Of a stretch of DNA of 64,000 nt, positions 14,238 to 28,170 are shown piece by piece. The notes below the pieces were generated by a model. The model saw nothing but the letters and a program-made list of their open reading frames with translations, did no database searches and was not told where the DNA came from. The translations under genes were made by a program, and so were the position numbers. The stretch's first letter is position 1. Each line of letters opens with the position of its first letter. Location: positions 3,782,001-3,846,000 of the forward strand of contig CM102284.1 of NCBI GenBank assembly GCA_046563655.1. The letters run 5' to 3'. Origin of the DNA: Yuukianura sp. NJ FZ-2021 (Eukaryota).

Positions 14238-16177
14238 TTAGTTCACAATGTAATCTTTCTTCTCCGGGTAACACGTCTTCTCCTCGGCACTTACCATTTC
14301 AAATTTTAGAATTGGATCCCAGTATGATTGCATGCAAAATCCAAGACCGTCCCAAGTAGTTTCCACAGTATCTCTTGTCTTGTACCTCTTTTGCCGACTA
14401 GTTTCAGTGTGAAAAGCGTCAACAATTAACAATTAAACATAACTTATTTAACTACTGCAATTAAGTAAAATACCGTTTAGAAGTGCTTGGCGGAGTTGTA
14501 GTAGTTACCATTGGTCCACATTTTGAAGAGCACGGGGAATAGGGCACTGGCACAGCAATGTTTGATCCTCCACAATGAAACCGATTTCACTCTGAATTTC
14601 TTATTAATTGAACTTTTGTTATATTTATGGGCTTACTGTAGCTGAAATCATTGTGCGTTCCAATAAGATTGTCAAATCCGCCTGGGAACATGTCTCCACA
14701 AGAGTCAACCAATTTGTATGAAGTTGGACCACGAGCACTGTCCCAAAAATGACCTCTGATGACCCTGTCCTTACTAATGTACTCGACTGAGGAGAAGCAG
14801 ATTGAGCTGCTTTTCCCTTTCTCGGTGGCTTGGATTGAGCGCTTGGAATTGATAGTTATGACAGTGGGCCAGTGAAAGTCAATCACTGGAGTCGGTTTAC
14901 CCGGTGCAATTTCGTGAAACACGGTCAGAGAATGGGGGGCTACGTAGGTCATACTGGAAGGTTAACATTAGGTTAGTTAAAAAACGTTTGGTTAGTTAAC
15001 ATTAACTTTGGTTAGGTTAGATTCCAGAAAGCGGTACTAATTTAGTATGAGGATTTACCTTTTCTTAAAGTTGCCTGGATCTCCTAAGTAGATGAACATG
15101 CTGATCTGTGATTTGAAATTATTTTTGAAATTCTGATTCCTATAGAATAGTAAACAATCAAAATTCAAGATTCAAAAGGGGAAGGCACAAAACCCTATCA
15201 AAATCATCGTTGGTGGGTTTTAGATGAAATTTTAACTGGTTGTTAAGGTCCATGGTAGGATCATTTCTGCAAATTTTCAACTCCCTAGAAACGATAGGTC
15301 AAGGGTTACGGGGGGTCAAAGGTCACCTGGTCGTCCTATGACAACCCCACGCAAGTAGCATATCGTTGGAACGGGCGTGACCTCCTGATTCAGAAAATAT
15401 ATACATGTTGCTATCTATGATGTAAGACAAGCGAAACATTGCGCCCTGAATGCAAACTTGCAATTTTCACCCGGGTCTCGTCGCTCCGTTTTGCTCTGAA
15501 CGCGCAGTGTTTCGCTTGTCTTACATCATAGATAGCAACATGTATATATTTTCTGAACCAGGAGATCAAGCCCGTTCCAACGATATGCTACTTGCATGGG
15601 GTTGTCATAGGACGACCAGGTGACCTTTGACCGCCCGTAACCCTTGACCTATCGTTTCTAGGGAGTTGAAAATTTGCAGAAATGATCCTACTATTGACCG
15701 TAACAACTGGTTAAAATTTCATCCAAATCCCACCAACGATGATTTTGATAGGGTTTTGTGCCTTCCCCTTTTACGTTGAAGTCAATTTGGTAGCATCGTT
15801 CCTGTTCTTTCTCTCCGTAGAAGATGTATGCAGAATGGTCGCAGAGTGTAGAATGCAACACCCATCTGCCAATATTGCCAATATTAGTTGAAGATCTTTA
15901 ATTCAATTACTTTCGGGAGTTAGATAATGTCGTAACTAAATTCAACCTAGACTTACGTTCCTTGCAAACAGACGCATCCCGGTAACATCGGTTCCTTGAG
16001 GAAGATTCCCTTGGGACAATCGGTCGTTAGTGTATCGTAACGGTCACCGTCACGAGTACAAACGCGGATCCAACCGTACTTGTCATCTTCTTCGGGTCGT
16101 TTCGTAGTGCACGGCAAAGCGAAAAACAAAATCAGAAATACTTTGGCCTGTAAGAACTGGGTTGGCGAAGATGTCAT
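14238..16177 (-). CDS. Putative secreted Cys-containing protein with a C-terminal TSP1-like module; contains an in-frame TGA at 14587-14589 (possible pseudogene or unusual splicing)
   Basis: Signal-like FLILFFALPC. Exons about 16177-15957, 15895-15775, 15105-15059, 14953-14474 and 14399-14238 join in consistent phase. The C-terminus PYSPCSSKCG...RRQKRYKTR...C...EEKTC resembles thrombospondin type 1 spacing. Confidence 0.6.
15174..15772. mobile_element. Near-perfect palindromic (foldback) non-autonomous element, about 600 bp, in an intron
   Basis: Arms of about 270 bp, AAAAGGGGAAGGCACAAAACCCTATCAAAATCATCGTTGGTGGG... / ...CCCACCAACGATGATTTTGATAGGGTTTTGTGCCTTCCCCTTTT, with scattered mismatches and a short spacer near 15460-15490. 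Confidence 0.92.
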
Positions 16178-17662
16178 TGTTATGCCTTAAACCATTTCTG
16201 CAAATGGTCCTACCTACTCATGAAATAACTTAATAATAAACTAAAAAAATGTTTACATTTCATTGTGATTTTAGTTTAGGTACGAATAATTCTCATTAAT
16301 TTCACAATTCATTAGCGATTGATTGTCAATTTTAGACAAATTGTAAACCTAAACGTATTCATTTATGATTTTTGGTGAAGCAATGAAACTTCCGTTCTAG
16401 CTTGCGTAAGATAAGCTTAGCCGAAAACTTAATTTTTGTCTCCAAAGTCTCCAAACAAAACGCGGAAATAAGTTTGGCTGGAGGTGTTAAAATGTTTAAA
16501 TGAATTCATTTCTGCACGTAATAATTCCAAGAATACACCGACCGGTAGCCGCTACGAGTCATTTAATAGCCAACACGCAAACATATTAAGCACTGCAAAT
16601 GAATGGACATGGTGGATCATTAAATCCGCTGTTTACCTTTCCAACATTCTGCAACTTTCCAATTAATTTTGGAATAAAGTTGTGATGTGATGTGACGAGA
16701 TGTGATGACTCGGTGACTTGCGTCAGGTCATCACATACAACGAATGTAAGCTTCGGAATATCGTAATTCAACATTGGCATGAAATGAATGACAACTTATA
16801 CTCGTAATACCGTTTGGAATGAAATGCTGACTGCTGTAATTAATCTTACCTTTTGTAATAGCATCTTACTTTTAGTACATCTTTTAGCAGTGACTACTTA
16901 TTTCCGTGTTTGTGTTTGATTCATACATTTTCCAACCGTCAAGAGAGTGACTGGACAGTTAAATTAGGTTTTTAATTAAGAACATTTTGAAGCGATTAGG
17001 CATTAGATGAGTGAGGAGTGACAAGAAGGCTGGAAGACGCTGCTGCAAGCGTTGTTGATGGGCTAAAAGGGGTTGGATTTGGATTGTGTTTGTGGGGGAA
17101 GCAGATGAGTCATGGAGGCTGTTTGTGCACACAGCCTCCCCTCCTTTTGCTTATTCATCCACATTCACAGAGATCATCCCGCTAGGACAAGATCTCTTTC
17201 CTGGATGGATCCACTTCAAACAGCATCTCTCAAATTCCATTCTCACTTCAGTCTACACTTTGTCCCCCCTACAGTACTTCGGACTCATCTCTCCAGTAAA
17301 AGAGTAAAACATCCAATTTATAACTCGCTAGTCTTCAATTAACCCTATTCATAAACCATTCAACTGGGTTCATTTTAAAGTGTTTCAAACAAGTTTCTTT
17401 GATTTCACATTTGCATTGATTGGAATGGAACCGTCCCTTTGTGGATCAGCAGGATCGCTCAAGAAAGTGCCAGAGGTATCGTCAGCATCAGCATGATTCA
17501 GCTACGGCGTAAGGGGGATTATTGAAAAACGCTTTGATGGTTGATGGTTGTGGTGTAACAAGTTGTTGTGAGATGTTCTCTGACGCTTCGTCATTAAAAC
17601 TGCTGACGTCTGAAATCAGTTACTAGAAGTAAGAAATTGGTTGTCAATTTGTGATTAACACG

Positions 17663-20600
17663 ATGTGGACACCACTTTATGAAAAGGGGGCCGCTATAGG
17701 TAATGAAAAGACAGCAAAACATAATTTCGTTGAGGGCATTAGGGATTTAATTTCTTTGTCTTTGTATTGCAGCGATTTTCTCGTTTCACGGAGTGGAAAT
17801 CCTGCCTGGACGTGGTATAGACTTGGATTTGGGTGACGCAGTTCATGTTCTACAAGAATGTGGAGGTGAAAACGCAGAACAGCCTATACATTGTTTACAA
17901 CAACAAAATATCATAAAATCTCCTATTATTTGAATCATAAAATTGGTTATTTTTGAATAGAATGGCGATACGGGTATGTCAAAACACGCCGAGAGAAGAA
18001 GGGAATTTTTCCAGCGTCGTATGTTCAGCTCAAACCTTATCGACGTGCCAAGTCTGTCCCCGACACGATGCTGACCAAATCCGAGGATCCAGTTGTTAGA
18101 GAGTGTCGCGCCGTTGCCCGTGAATGGGGTGACATCTTGAAACAACTGTATGTGAGCGGAGGTCAATCGACATATGAGTTCCATGCCCTAATATGTACAA
18201 TCCGGGATGTAGTGGATGGCCGAAGGCAACTGATCATTGGCACTCTGACACAAGACCAAATCCGAGAGTTGAAGCTTCGACTGACACTGAAAATGGACTG
18301 GAAGAATCGGAGTCTCGGTTTGGATTTAGTTCCTAGAGTAGGCTATGAAATTGCCAGTCCTGATGAAATGGGGGCTGTGGAGCTGTATCACGTCGTAAGT
18401 TGCATTTATCCTGCAAAACTTAATTGGAAGTGGAATTAACATACTGCGTGCTTTAAATTTGCAGCATAAACGATCAGCTGAAAACGCTGAATCTGGAAAA
18501 GGCACTGTTCGCAAGAAGCGTTCCTTCTCTGCTCAAAAGGCTATCGGTCACCACCTTTATTGCAGTTTACGAGCTTTCTCTTATCAATCAATCGATGATT
18601 GTGAAATATACTTTTCCTTATTTGATGCTCAGCGTATGCAATCTATATCGTAAGTCACCAATCTAAAGTAACAGTTACATTTTATCTTCATTTTGATTTT
18701 GCACTAATTGAATCTTATTTATTTACAACAGGGAAAGATTCATAGTCAAAGCGAATGGAATGTCCAGTTTTGTAGACAAATTGCAACAGCATGGAACAAC
18801 AGTTTTTGAAGACCTCGGCTCCGTCGACTTGCACTCAGAGTTATACTTGATTGTCCAGGTTATTCGGGTTGGAAAGATGTTCGCAGAGTCAACTAAAAAG
18901 TCAAGCCAGGTTAGAATTTCTCATTGTTTCTAAAAAATATTGCAAACGTTGCATTTACCTGCGAATCTTAAATTCAAATATTTATAGATGTACAAGAGGC
19001 CTTTTGCATGCGGTGTTCTAAACATTGGTGAAGTCGTGGTTCCTAAAAATTTGAAAACAGTGGATAACATTGAAGAGGATTTGAAACTTCCAACGATGTT
19101 TGCTGATCCCGAGGCTCGTGAACTCAGTTTCAAATTGTACTCAACCGACGAAAAAGAATTTTCACAATTGCACGAACATCTCATAAAAAAGCAAATGGGA
19201 AAAGTCTCGGTCGTTTCTGGTTCTTTGACAATCGTTGAGCTCAAACCGTACACCGGAGATATAAACACGATCCGTCAAGAGAATCCAATTGTATTCAAAA
19301 ATGCCGTTACCACTCGGAAGTTGGGATTTCCTGACATCATTTACCCCGGGGACGTCAGGTATTGTCATTTTTCCTGTAAACCAACTTAATTACAATGATA
19401 AACTTTAGTTAAGTATAATGGGATTGGTTAAATTGTTACAGGAACGATATTTACGTGACGCTGGAACACGGAGAATTCGAGAAAGGTGGGAAACCGACTG
19501 GGAAGAATATTGAAGTTTCCTTTCAAGTCCTAGATGACAACGGTTGTGTCATTCCGAATTCCATTTTCGGTGCCGTGTCAAGTTGTGGCAGTGGAACCGA
19601 CGAGTATCAATCCGTGATTCTCTACCATCACAATTCTCCACGGTGGAACGAAACAATTCGGGTCACAGTTCCAATCGAAAAGTTTCCATTTGCTCATCTT
19701 CGAATAGACTACAATCATTGCTCAAGTAAGTCCCAGTCCATTGACATTTGCATAAATCACCCGGAAATGTTTTATAATTTGACATTTCTTCCGCAGCCAA
19801 AGATAAGAATACGAAGAAGTTGTTTGGATTTTCCTTTGTCAAGTTAATTTACGACGAGGGAACTACAATTAAAGATGGTCCACATGAACTACTCGTCTAC
19901 AAATGTGAAGATAGAAACAAGTTACGAGATCCACAAAACTACCTCGGACTTCCCTTCCTCTCCAATTCATCCGGTCATCACATCATTGGAAACCAAAGTT
20001 TCCAGAGAAGTACTAAAGAAGTGCTTACCATTTCGACTCTCCTCGTGTCAACTAAGCTCACCCAGAACTTGGATTTGGTGTCTCTACTCAAGTGGCGGTC
20101 AAATCCTGACAAAATTAGGGAGACGCTGGAAAATATGACGAAAGTGAGTGGAGAAGAGATAGTGAAGTTTCTACAGGATGTCCTCGACGTTCTCTTCACC
20201 ATGTTTCTGAACGAGGAAGGAGAGTCGAATGATAATTCCGGAGATGTCTTCATTGTGCTTGTCAATATTTTTGTTTTGCTTGAACAAGGAAAGTTTGAGC
20301 ACTTCAAGCCAGTCATTGACGCTTACATCACGGATCATTTTGCAGCAGCTCTAGTCTACAGGTGGAGTTATTGATTTCATGATTCAGTTTTCAAAAAAAT
20401 GATGAACTTCTTAGAATAATATGATGATTTCATGAATTTGCAGGGGATTGGTCTCTACGGTACAACATTACGCTGAAGTCGTACTAAGAGCCTCAAAGGA
20501 ATTTTACCCCCAGATCCAGAAATGTTTCGAATCTCTGGAATTCATTTTCAAGTTTATTGCTCAGTCGTACATTTTATTTGCAAGAGCAACTGGAACGGAA

Positions 20601-23600
20601 ATCAAGGATAGTGTTACCAACAACGTGGCAAATCTTTTTATGGCTCTCAATTCAATGCTAGATGACACTCCGATGCATCAAGCAGACTATGTACCAATTC
20701 AAGCAGCACTCCTTTACAACCTTAGCAAAATGTACAATGAATTAGTCCGAATTATGCCAAATGTAGAACTTGCGAAAATGGTCTGCGAACTGTTCACGAA
20801 TATTCCACTGAAAGAATCAGCTCATCCCCTCTCTCCTGCAAAACTTACTGCACTTCATCATCTAGTCAAAAGTAATTTATTTCGTGAAAAAGGTAAATTC
20901 AAAATTTTGAAATTCAAAATCGAATTTTTGCAATGGTTACTAGTGATGGTGTGAGCAACGTTTTTCCTTTGATTTGCAGACTGCAGAAGTATAATTTTAC
21001 CGGAAGTATGTCGCCATCTCCGTCATCATCTCTCGCTTCGTCAGGAGCTCAAATTGTGCACAGACGTTCTGGACGATGTTTTAATATTTCTTCATGGAAG
21101 ATTCAGATCTGTAAGTTCCACAATTTTAGTTCAGATGTTGGTGTGTGACGACATGATTTTTGCAATTTCAGGAGGATAATCGTATACATGATGACATAGA
21201 GACTGTGGCAACTTGTACATTGGAGATGTTAGTTCAATCCGTCCTCGTCCTTGAAAGAACTTCTCCAATTGTCGGGAATTTAGTGACTTGTCTCATAGGC
21301 CTTTTGCAACTGATGGATCAATTTCATTACAATCGTCTTTGGGATGAATTTCGAGAGTCAAAGCCACTCCGTGATCTCCTCCTTCGCGTCTTCCTTGTCT
21401 TCCGGGACTTGATCAAGCATGACGTTTATCCAGTGGATTGGCTTGTTATGAAATTACTCACAGATTCGATTATGCTCAAGTCCCTCCATGAATTCTCTCA
21501 ACCCTTGAATCTTTATTTCCTAAACAAGCATTCGTTCGACAGTCAGGTAATAACGATGCATTTGATTTACAAGTTTACGGCAAGGTGGACCCAGTTTTAA
21601 CTTGTGTTACTTTGTTATTTTTTAGCTGTGGAGTCAATATTTTAATTTAGCCGTCACCTACTTGACGCAACCAGCGTTACAGCTTGAGAAGTTTAGAGTC
21701 GCGAAGAGGGATTCCATTTTACAGGTTTGTTCACAAAGAGAAAAGCTTGATGAAAATGTGCGTTTGCAATTTTTTTTCTTCTAGTTTTCTAAATCTGGAA
21801 AACCGATTTTTTTTTAGAGATACGGTGATATGCGTGTACAGATGGGATTTCAGATTTTAAACATGTGGTCCAACCTTGGTGAGAACAAAATCAGTTTCAT
21901 CCCGTCAATGGTTGGACCATTTCTAGAAGTAACTCTTGTACCGGAAATGGAACTTCGTAAGGCAACGCTCAACATATTCTATGATATGTTGGAGGCTGAA
22001 CAAAAGTATCACGGCGATTTCAAACAGGTAATCAATCACGGCCACAAGGATTTCCAAAAAAAATCAAGAAACACTGAACATTTCTCAATTTTTGTTTCAG
22101 GTTGAGTGCGAATTGATTGACAAGTTGGACATGCTCGTTTCACAAAACAAAGGAGATGATGAATACAGACAACTTTTCAATTCAATGTGAGTTAATGGGA
22201 ATGTTTGTGTAATTTTAATTGGGATGCATAATGGAAAGAGAGTTTGTGTTTGAGTCTTGTAATTTTGATTTTGAATGCTGCAAATTCAGGGAAAACTTGC
22301 ATCAGATGTGAGCAATTTACGGACTTTATATTTCGGAATTTACTTGGCTGTTTGTAATAATAAATTCTTCATTTTTGCAGCCTTCTAGAACGCATCAACC
22401 GATGTGATCCACCGTGGAAATCTACTGGAATCTCTTTTATAAATTCAGTCACGAGACTACTGGAAAGACTCTTGGACTATCGAAATGTGCTGCAGGGAGA
22501 TGAGAATCGGGATAAGCGAATGGCTTGCACAGTCAACTTACTGGATTTTTACAAAACAGAGATCAATCGACAGGAGATGTATTTGAGATACATTTACAAA
22601 TTGCATGACCTTCATCTGTCGGCTGAAAATTACACGGAAGCTGGTTTCACTCTTTTACTGCACGCGGAAATGCTAAATTGGTCATGCGACAAACTGCCAG
22701 CGGAGGGGAATTATCCTGCTCAACAGGAAATGGAACGAAAGGAAGAGATTTATCTGAGGATCCTCAAGTATTTTGATCATGGCAAGGTTATGGCCAAGGA
22801 TTTTTTTAATTTTAAAAAATGCAATTCAAAATTTTATAATTGAGACTTCGTTTTCCATAGATGTGGGAGAAAGGAATTCCACTTTGTAAAGAATTGGCAC
22901 ATCGCTACGAATTTAAGTTCTTCAGTTACACAAAGTTGAGTCAAATTCTGAAGACACAGGCAAGCTTCTTTGAAAATATTTTGACGCAACTACGTCCTGA
23001 ACCGGAGTACTTCCGAGTCGGATTCTTTGGAAAGGGATTTCCACTTTTTGTTAGGGTTAGTTCTATTATTTGTTTTGAAAATGCTTCGGAGATTTGAATC
23101 TGAGTTTATTTTGCTGTTGTTTAGAACAAGGAATTCATCTATCGAGGTCTGGAGTATGAGCGTCTAGTAACATTTATTCAAAGAATTATGACTGAGTGGC
23201 CAGCAGCGGAGATTCTCAAAAATATTCCTCCCGATGAGTCCATCATCAACTCCGATTCACAGTGTAAGTCGTGTTTTGTCTATTCCCATATTGCATTATT
23301 TGTTGAAACTCCTAAAACGTTAATCTTTTCACGCAGTTATTCAAATTTGTAACGTCAAGCCCATCCCGGACACGAACAATCCAATTTTCAAAGATCAAGT
23401 TCCAGAAAAAATTCAAGCGTACTACAAAGTCAATAATGTTGATGCTTTCTCGTTTGATCGAAGACTCAAGAAATTCGTGCAAGAGGATCCAGATACTCAA
23501 AATGAATTTAAGGTAGTTAAAAAATCATCACTGCTTAATTTTTTTCTCAAACCTAATTCAATAACTTTCATTTTTCTTATTCAGAATATGTGGATTGAAC

Positions 23601-25460
23601 GTACGAGGATGAGAACTGGGAATCCTCTTCCGGGCATTCTGAGATGGTTTGAAGTAATTGAGAAAAAAGTGGAGCAAATTACGCCCGTCCGTTTTGCATG
23701 TGAACGGATCGAGGACGTCAATCGAGAAGTCAAGTGTTTGATGAATCAATACACTGGAGACCAACCTGCAAAGAACGTTAACCCACTCAGCATGAAATTA
23801 CAGGTAAGTCTTTAATTAAACATTGAATTGAACCGAAATCAATAAATTAATCGCAGGATATTTAAATTTAATCTGCGTTTTATTTTCGTATCAGGGTATC
23901 CTGGATGCAACTGTGATGGGTGGGCTAGCTAATTACCGAGATGCATTTTTCACGCCTGACTTTTTGAGAAATAATCCTGATTCAATTGTACATGTGAACA
24001 AACTACGGCAACTGATTTTAGAACAAGTGAGTTGCTATTTGAAAAAGTATTTTTGGTTGAGCGGAATTTGAGTAAGTTTGTGGTATTTAGGTCAACATTT
24101 TGGAACAAGGACTCTCTATTCACGGTAAACTTGCGCTCCAGCAAGTTCAGCCTCTTCATAATCGACTAGTCGAATGTTTTGCTCAAATGAAAGCAAACGT
24201 TGAAAAGGATTTCAGTCGTTCTCCAGCAATGAACATGTTTCTTCGAAAGTGTGAGACTGATTCAACTCGAGATTCTGGCAGGAGGACTCTCAGTAGCAGC
24301 AGTATTGTCAAGTATGTTCAGAAAATTGTTCACAAAGTAGATATTTTGTACAGGGATTTTGTTGACAATTTTCATCTCTTCTTTTTCTTATTAGCACACC
24401 GCTTCCAGCCCCACCATTGGCAACGATAGAACTGAAGAGATTGACCGAGTCCTCGTCAAATCGTTCGTCCAACTCAAGCGGATATGGACAAGTTTTGGGA
24501 GCATTTTTTGATCAACATTCTGACGAAGATGAAGACGTTTACAGCAAACCAAATGAACCAAAGGAATATGCTTCAATCACAATTACAAACAATTCAAACC
24601 CTCTTTCGAATGCCAACTCGGAACCATCTCTGGTCACTCCGCCGCCAATTCCAAACAGACAACGGGCCAGACTTTTACAATCGGCTTCATGTCCCAGAAA
24701 CCAAGAGTATATTTTCATGCCTCCAAATCGAGTACGTGAACTCTGTGGAAATGGAATCGATAAACGACTGGGAAAACTCAATTCACTTCAATCGCAGAAC
24801 AGTTTGGACGAATCATTAACCTCTTCACAAAACAGCTTTTATACTGCAAATGGAAGCCCTGCTGGACACTTGAATGGAAATAGTGAAGACATTTCTGTCA
24901 CTGATGGACCACCGTTGCCACCAAGGACGGACAAAAAAAGTTGTGATGGCGAACCTACTGAACCGCCTCCTCCTCCTCCCGTTCTACCGAAAAGACAGCC
25001 ACGAAGGGTATGTTTTTCAAATAAACTTTTTTAAACTGATTTTTTACAAATGAAATTCAAAATTTTGTAATTTGTGTTTTAGAATACAATTACCCCAAAG
25101 AACAGCACTGAATCGGACCAAACGTCCAGTCTCTCCTCTCCCTCCAGTCCAACAAAAATTGGTCCTCCTGTGCCGCCTAAGCCAAAATCCAACAACCGTG
25201 ACTCTGTAAATAGTGAACCAGGACATGAAATTTACCTCAACAAAGAAGAACTCATGGAACAAATGTCTCATTCTCCATCATTTGAAGAGACATTTGAAAA
25301 TATTCAGCTAAAACCAAATGAGAAGAAGGTAACTATTGAAACTGATGCAACTTTCCCGGAAAGACAAAGCCCCAACAACAATTCCATCCAGAGAAATCCA
25401 AGTCGAACCTCACACAAGGAATTTTTTAACTTACCATTTGAAAATGTCAAGAAAGACTAA
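17663..25460 (+). CDS. DOCK3: DOCK-B (DOCK3/4, sponge-like) Rac GEF: SH3, DHR1/C2, DHR2 and Pro-rich tail; many exons
   Basis: SH3 WRYGYV...[95 protein letters not shown]. The family is secure; the exact paralog name is approximate. Confidence 0.92.
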
Positions 25461-26233
25461 AAATCAATCAGGAGAAAATGTTCTCTAATTTACAATTTCC
25501 AACCGCATAAGACTGACTGGTCAATTTTTGCCACACTAGTTAAGTTCAATTCTTCCAGAAAATGCGATGGAGCATACAATTCTGTCAACTGTCCAGAAAT
25601 AGTTTTTTTTTCTATTTTGTCCCACTTCTGATTTATAGTCTGTGCATAAGTGACAATTTATACAAAATTAATATCAATCATGAATCTGAATTTATTTCAC
25701 TTTTAGTTTTATACGATTACAACGACTAGTCCCTCCGTGTTTTACAACAAGATGTTCAAAAGGAACAAAACACAAATCATTGTTTTAAACACACAGAATT
25801 TATAGTTTAAAATTCAATTTTTAGCACTTTAAAGTATAGTTCAAGTCCTTTTGTTTGTGATAAATAATTCTTCCATTTTTTGGCAACTAAAAACTAATGT
25901 TGTTAATTACAACTTGTAATCTTGTGTCTTGTAGCCAGAAATATTGAAATTCAAGTCCAGAATAAAGCAGGTCAAACTTTACTTACCAAAATTTAAATTT
26001 TTGTATTGTTTTTATTTTTCAATTTCTCAAAGTAACCATTGTTTGTTGCTAATATTTACGTTTGTTTTTTTTTATAGGTTTATTCTGGATACTGGAAGAA
26101 GGCAATAACAACTTTTTCGCAAGTTTCGTGAGAATGAAATAACAATTTTTTAATGCAACTTTATAGCACTCTGACGCTTTTCAAAAATAAGGCGTTTTGT
26201 CATGTGCGAATTGTCGTCATAGTTCAATTTTAA

Positions 26234-28170
26234 ATGCAAAATTCAGTAAAAGAGAAACAGCGTCCTAACGTGTCCTATTTTCCAGAATTTTTGCGTCCGA
26301 TGTCCGCCATAAGCTACAGTGATGATGAAGAAGAATTTTCTGGAGGAGAGGAGGAAGAAATGACTGAGAATCCACTTTTGCTTCTAAGGGCTACCCAAGC
26401 TCGAGCGTCCAGGAAGCGAACACGATCGCTGGAGAAGAAGAAGAAACTAGTACGTACTTCGCCTGTCCCGGAACTCAAAGATCTCCTATTCGATGGCATT
26501 GGACTTCCGAGGACTGCTGAACTGTTCGAAAGCGACAGTTTGGCACTGCCTCCTGCGCATGTCCAGGATCAGCGTCGACCGAAGCCGAGTAAACCAATGC
26601 CTTATCCACTAATTGAGGAAGACTTTATCAACATCTTGACCATACGGAAAATAAATCAAATGAAGGCAACTAAACCGCCTGTGAAAAAACTAGTGACGAC
26701 CTTGAAGAAAGAAAAGCGGCCGACAACCAAGAGTGTTCCCCCGAAGTCCTCAAGTCGGCCCGGGATTGGTCCAAAACTTCCTCCAAGAAGACCGCCAGAG
26801 AAGAAGAAACCTCAAACACCACCGAAAGAGGCAAAGTCAAATTGGCGCAACTATCCAAAACCATGGCGGAATGGAATGTTGAAAAAGTTGCCCAAGGCTA
26901 AAAGTAGTGAGAAATCGCTGCTCGGGACAGGCAGAGGCGAAGATTCTTCCTTGCTTCACATACCGCCGCTGACAGAATTTGACCTTGACCTGCAAGTGGC
27001 TTTCCAGCAACGCATGACTCTTGGATTGTCGCACAAGTCTTCTACGCAGGGGCTGATTCAGATGTATGAAGAGCGCAAGCCCATTGACGAACTTACTTTT
27101 GAAGATGCTATTGGCAGCATTCCGATCACAAAACCACAAACTGTTGTTTCGAAACGAAACAATTCGATACCAAATAGTAACGAAGACAATCCTACCGGAG
27201 TAGTTGAGGAAACGACTGAAGTGCAGGTAGTCCAGGACGCTGCTGTGGATCGTCAAGACGCTAAAGGTTCAACTGGTGCTGGAATCGGAGAGGCGGGGCT
27301 ACGGAGGCCATTTGATGATCTGCTCGGTAGAACTCCATCTTCCGTTTGGGACGAAAATTCTAACTTTCCTGGAGCAGCGTATGGACTTACAAACGGATTT
27401 CAAATGCCGTTAAATCGGGCATACAATGCTTTTGTTGAAGTCGGTTCACAACGTTGGGAAGCAGAAAACGGGTTTCTACGAAACTCTGTGCAAAATGTTG
27501 GCGCTGCAGGTCATGGTCAAGGTCAAACGAACCAAAACCAGTTTCAAGAAGTAAGTTTTTTGAAATGCGTCTTTTTTTTTGTATTTTGGGAATGATTCTA
27601 AAATTATTTTCAATGTTTCCTAGGGACGTAATACTTACAGGGTAGCAGCATCACTAAACCCAGGATACGCTGATGCTTTCACGGTGCCACACTTGATGCA
27701 ACCTGTTCTAAGTCCATTGGTTGGAAACTTTGTCTGGAACGGTCGGCTCCACCAATCAGCGGCTCCGACTCCAGTGGGAGCTCTTCCCCTGTATCAATTG
27801 AATTACTTTCCAGAAATTCACGATCAGTTTCCCCCGCCGCTTCTTCCTGTGATTCCTCCACCACGCGCCCCAGCAGATCGGGGGTATCAGCGTCAAGGTC
27901 AAATGAATTTCAACCAATTACCAGAAGTAAGCTTCGACGTTAAATTTTTGCTTAACTTTCATTTTTTCGCTCTGTTTGTTTTTAAAAGCGAAATTATGTT
28001 TGTTCCAGGGACATGTACGGAATTCATACCGGGTAGCAGCATCGCTGAACCCCGCTTTTACTGTGCCTCTAATGCAACCAGTTCTTAGTCCGCTTCTTGG
28101 AAATTTCGTTTGGAACGGACGACTTCACCAATCGGGGACTCATCAGCCACCTCCACCACCTCGGCAGTAG
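26234..28170 (+). CDS. Uncharacterised low-complexity (K/P/E-rich) protein with a duplicated C-terminal exon; exons 26234-27550, 27624-27926, 28009-28170
   Basis: Long ORF plus two phase-0 exons. Both downstream exons carry RNxYRVAASLNP...AFTVP.LMQPVLSPLxGNFVWNGRLHQS. Confidence 0.7.

Noticed and set aside
17112-17140. Short hairpin GGAGGCTGT...ACAGCCTCC upstream of the DOCK gene
   Set aside because: The 9-bp stem is too short to support a miRNA or element call.
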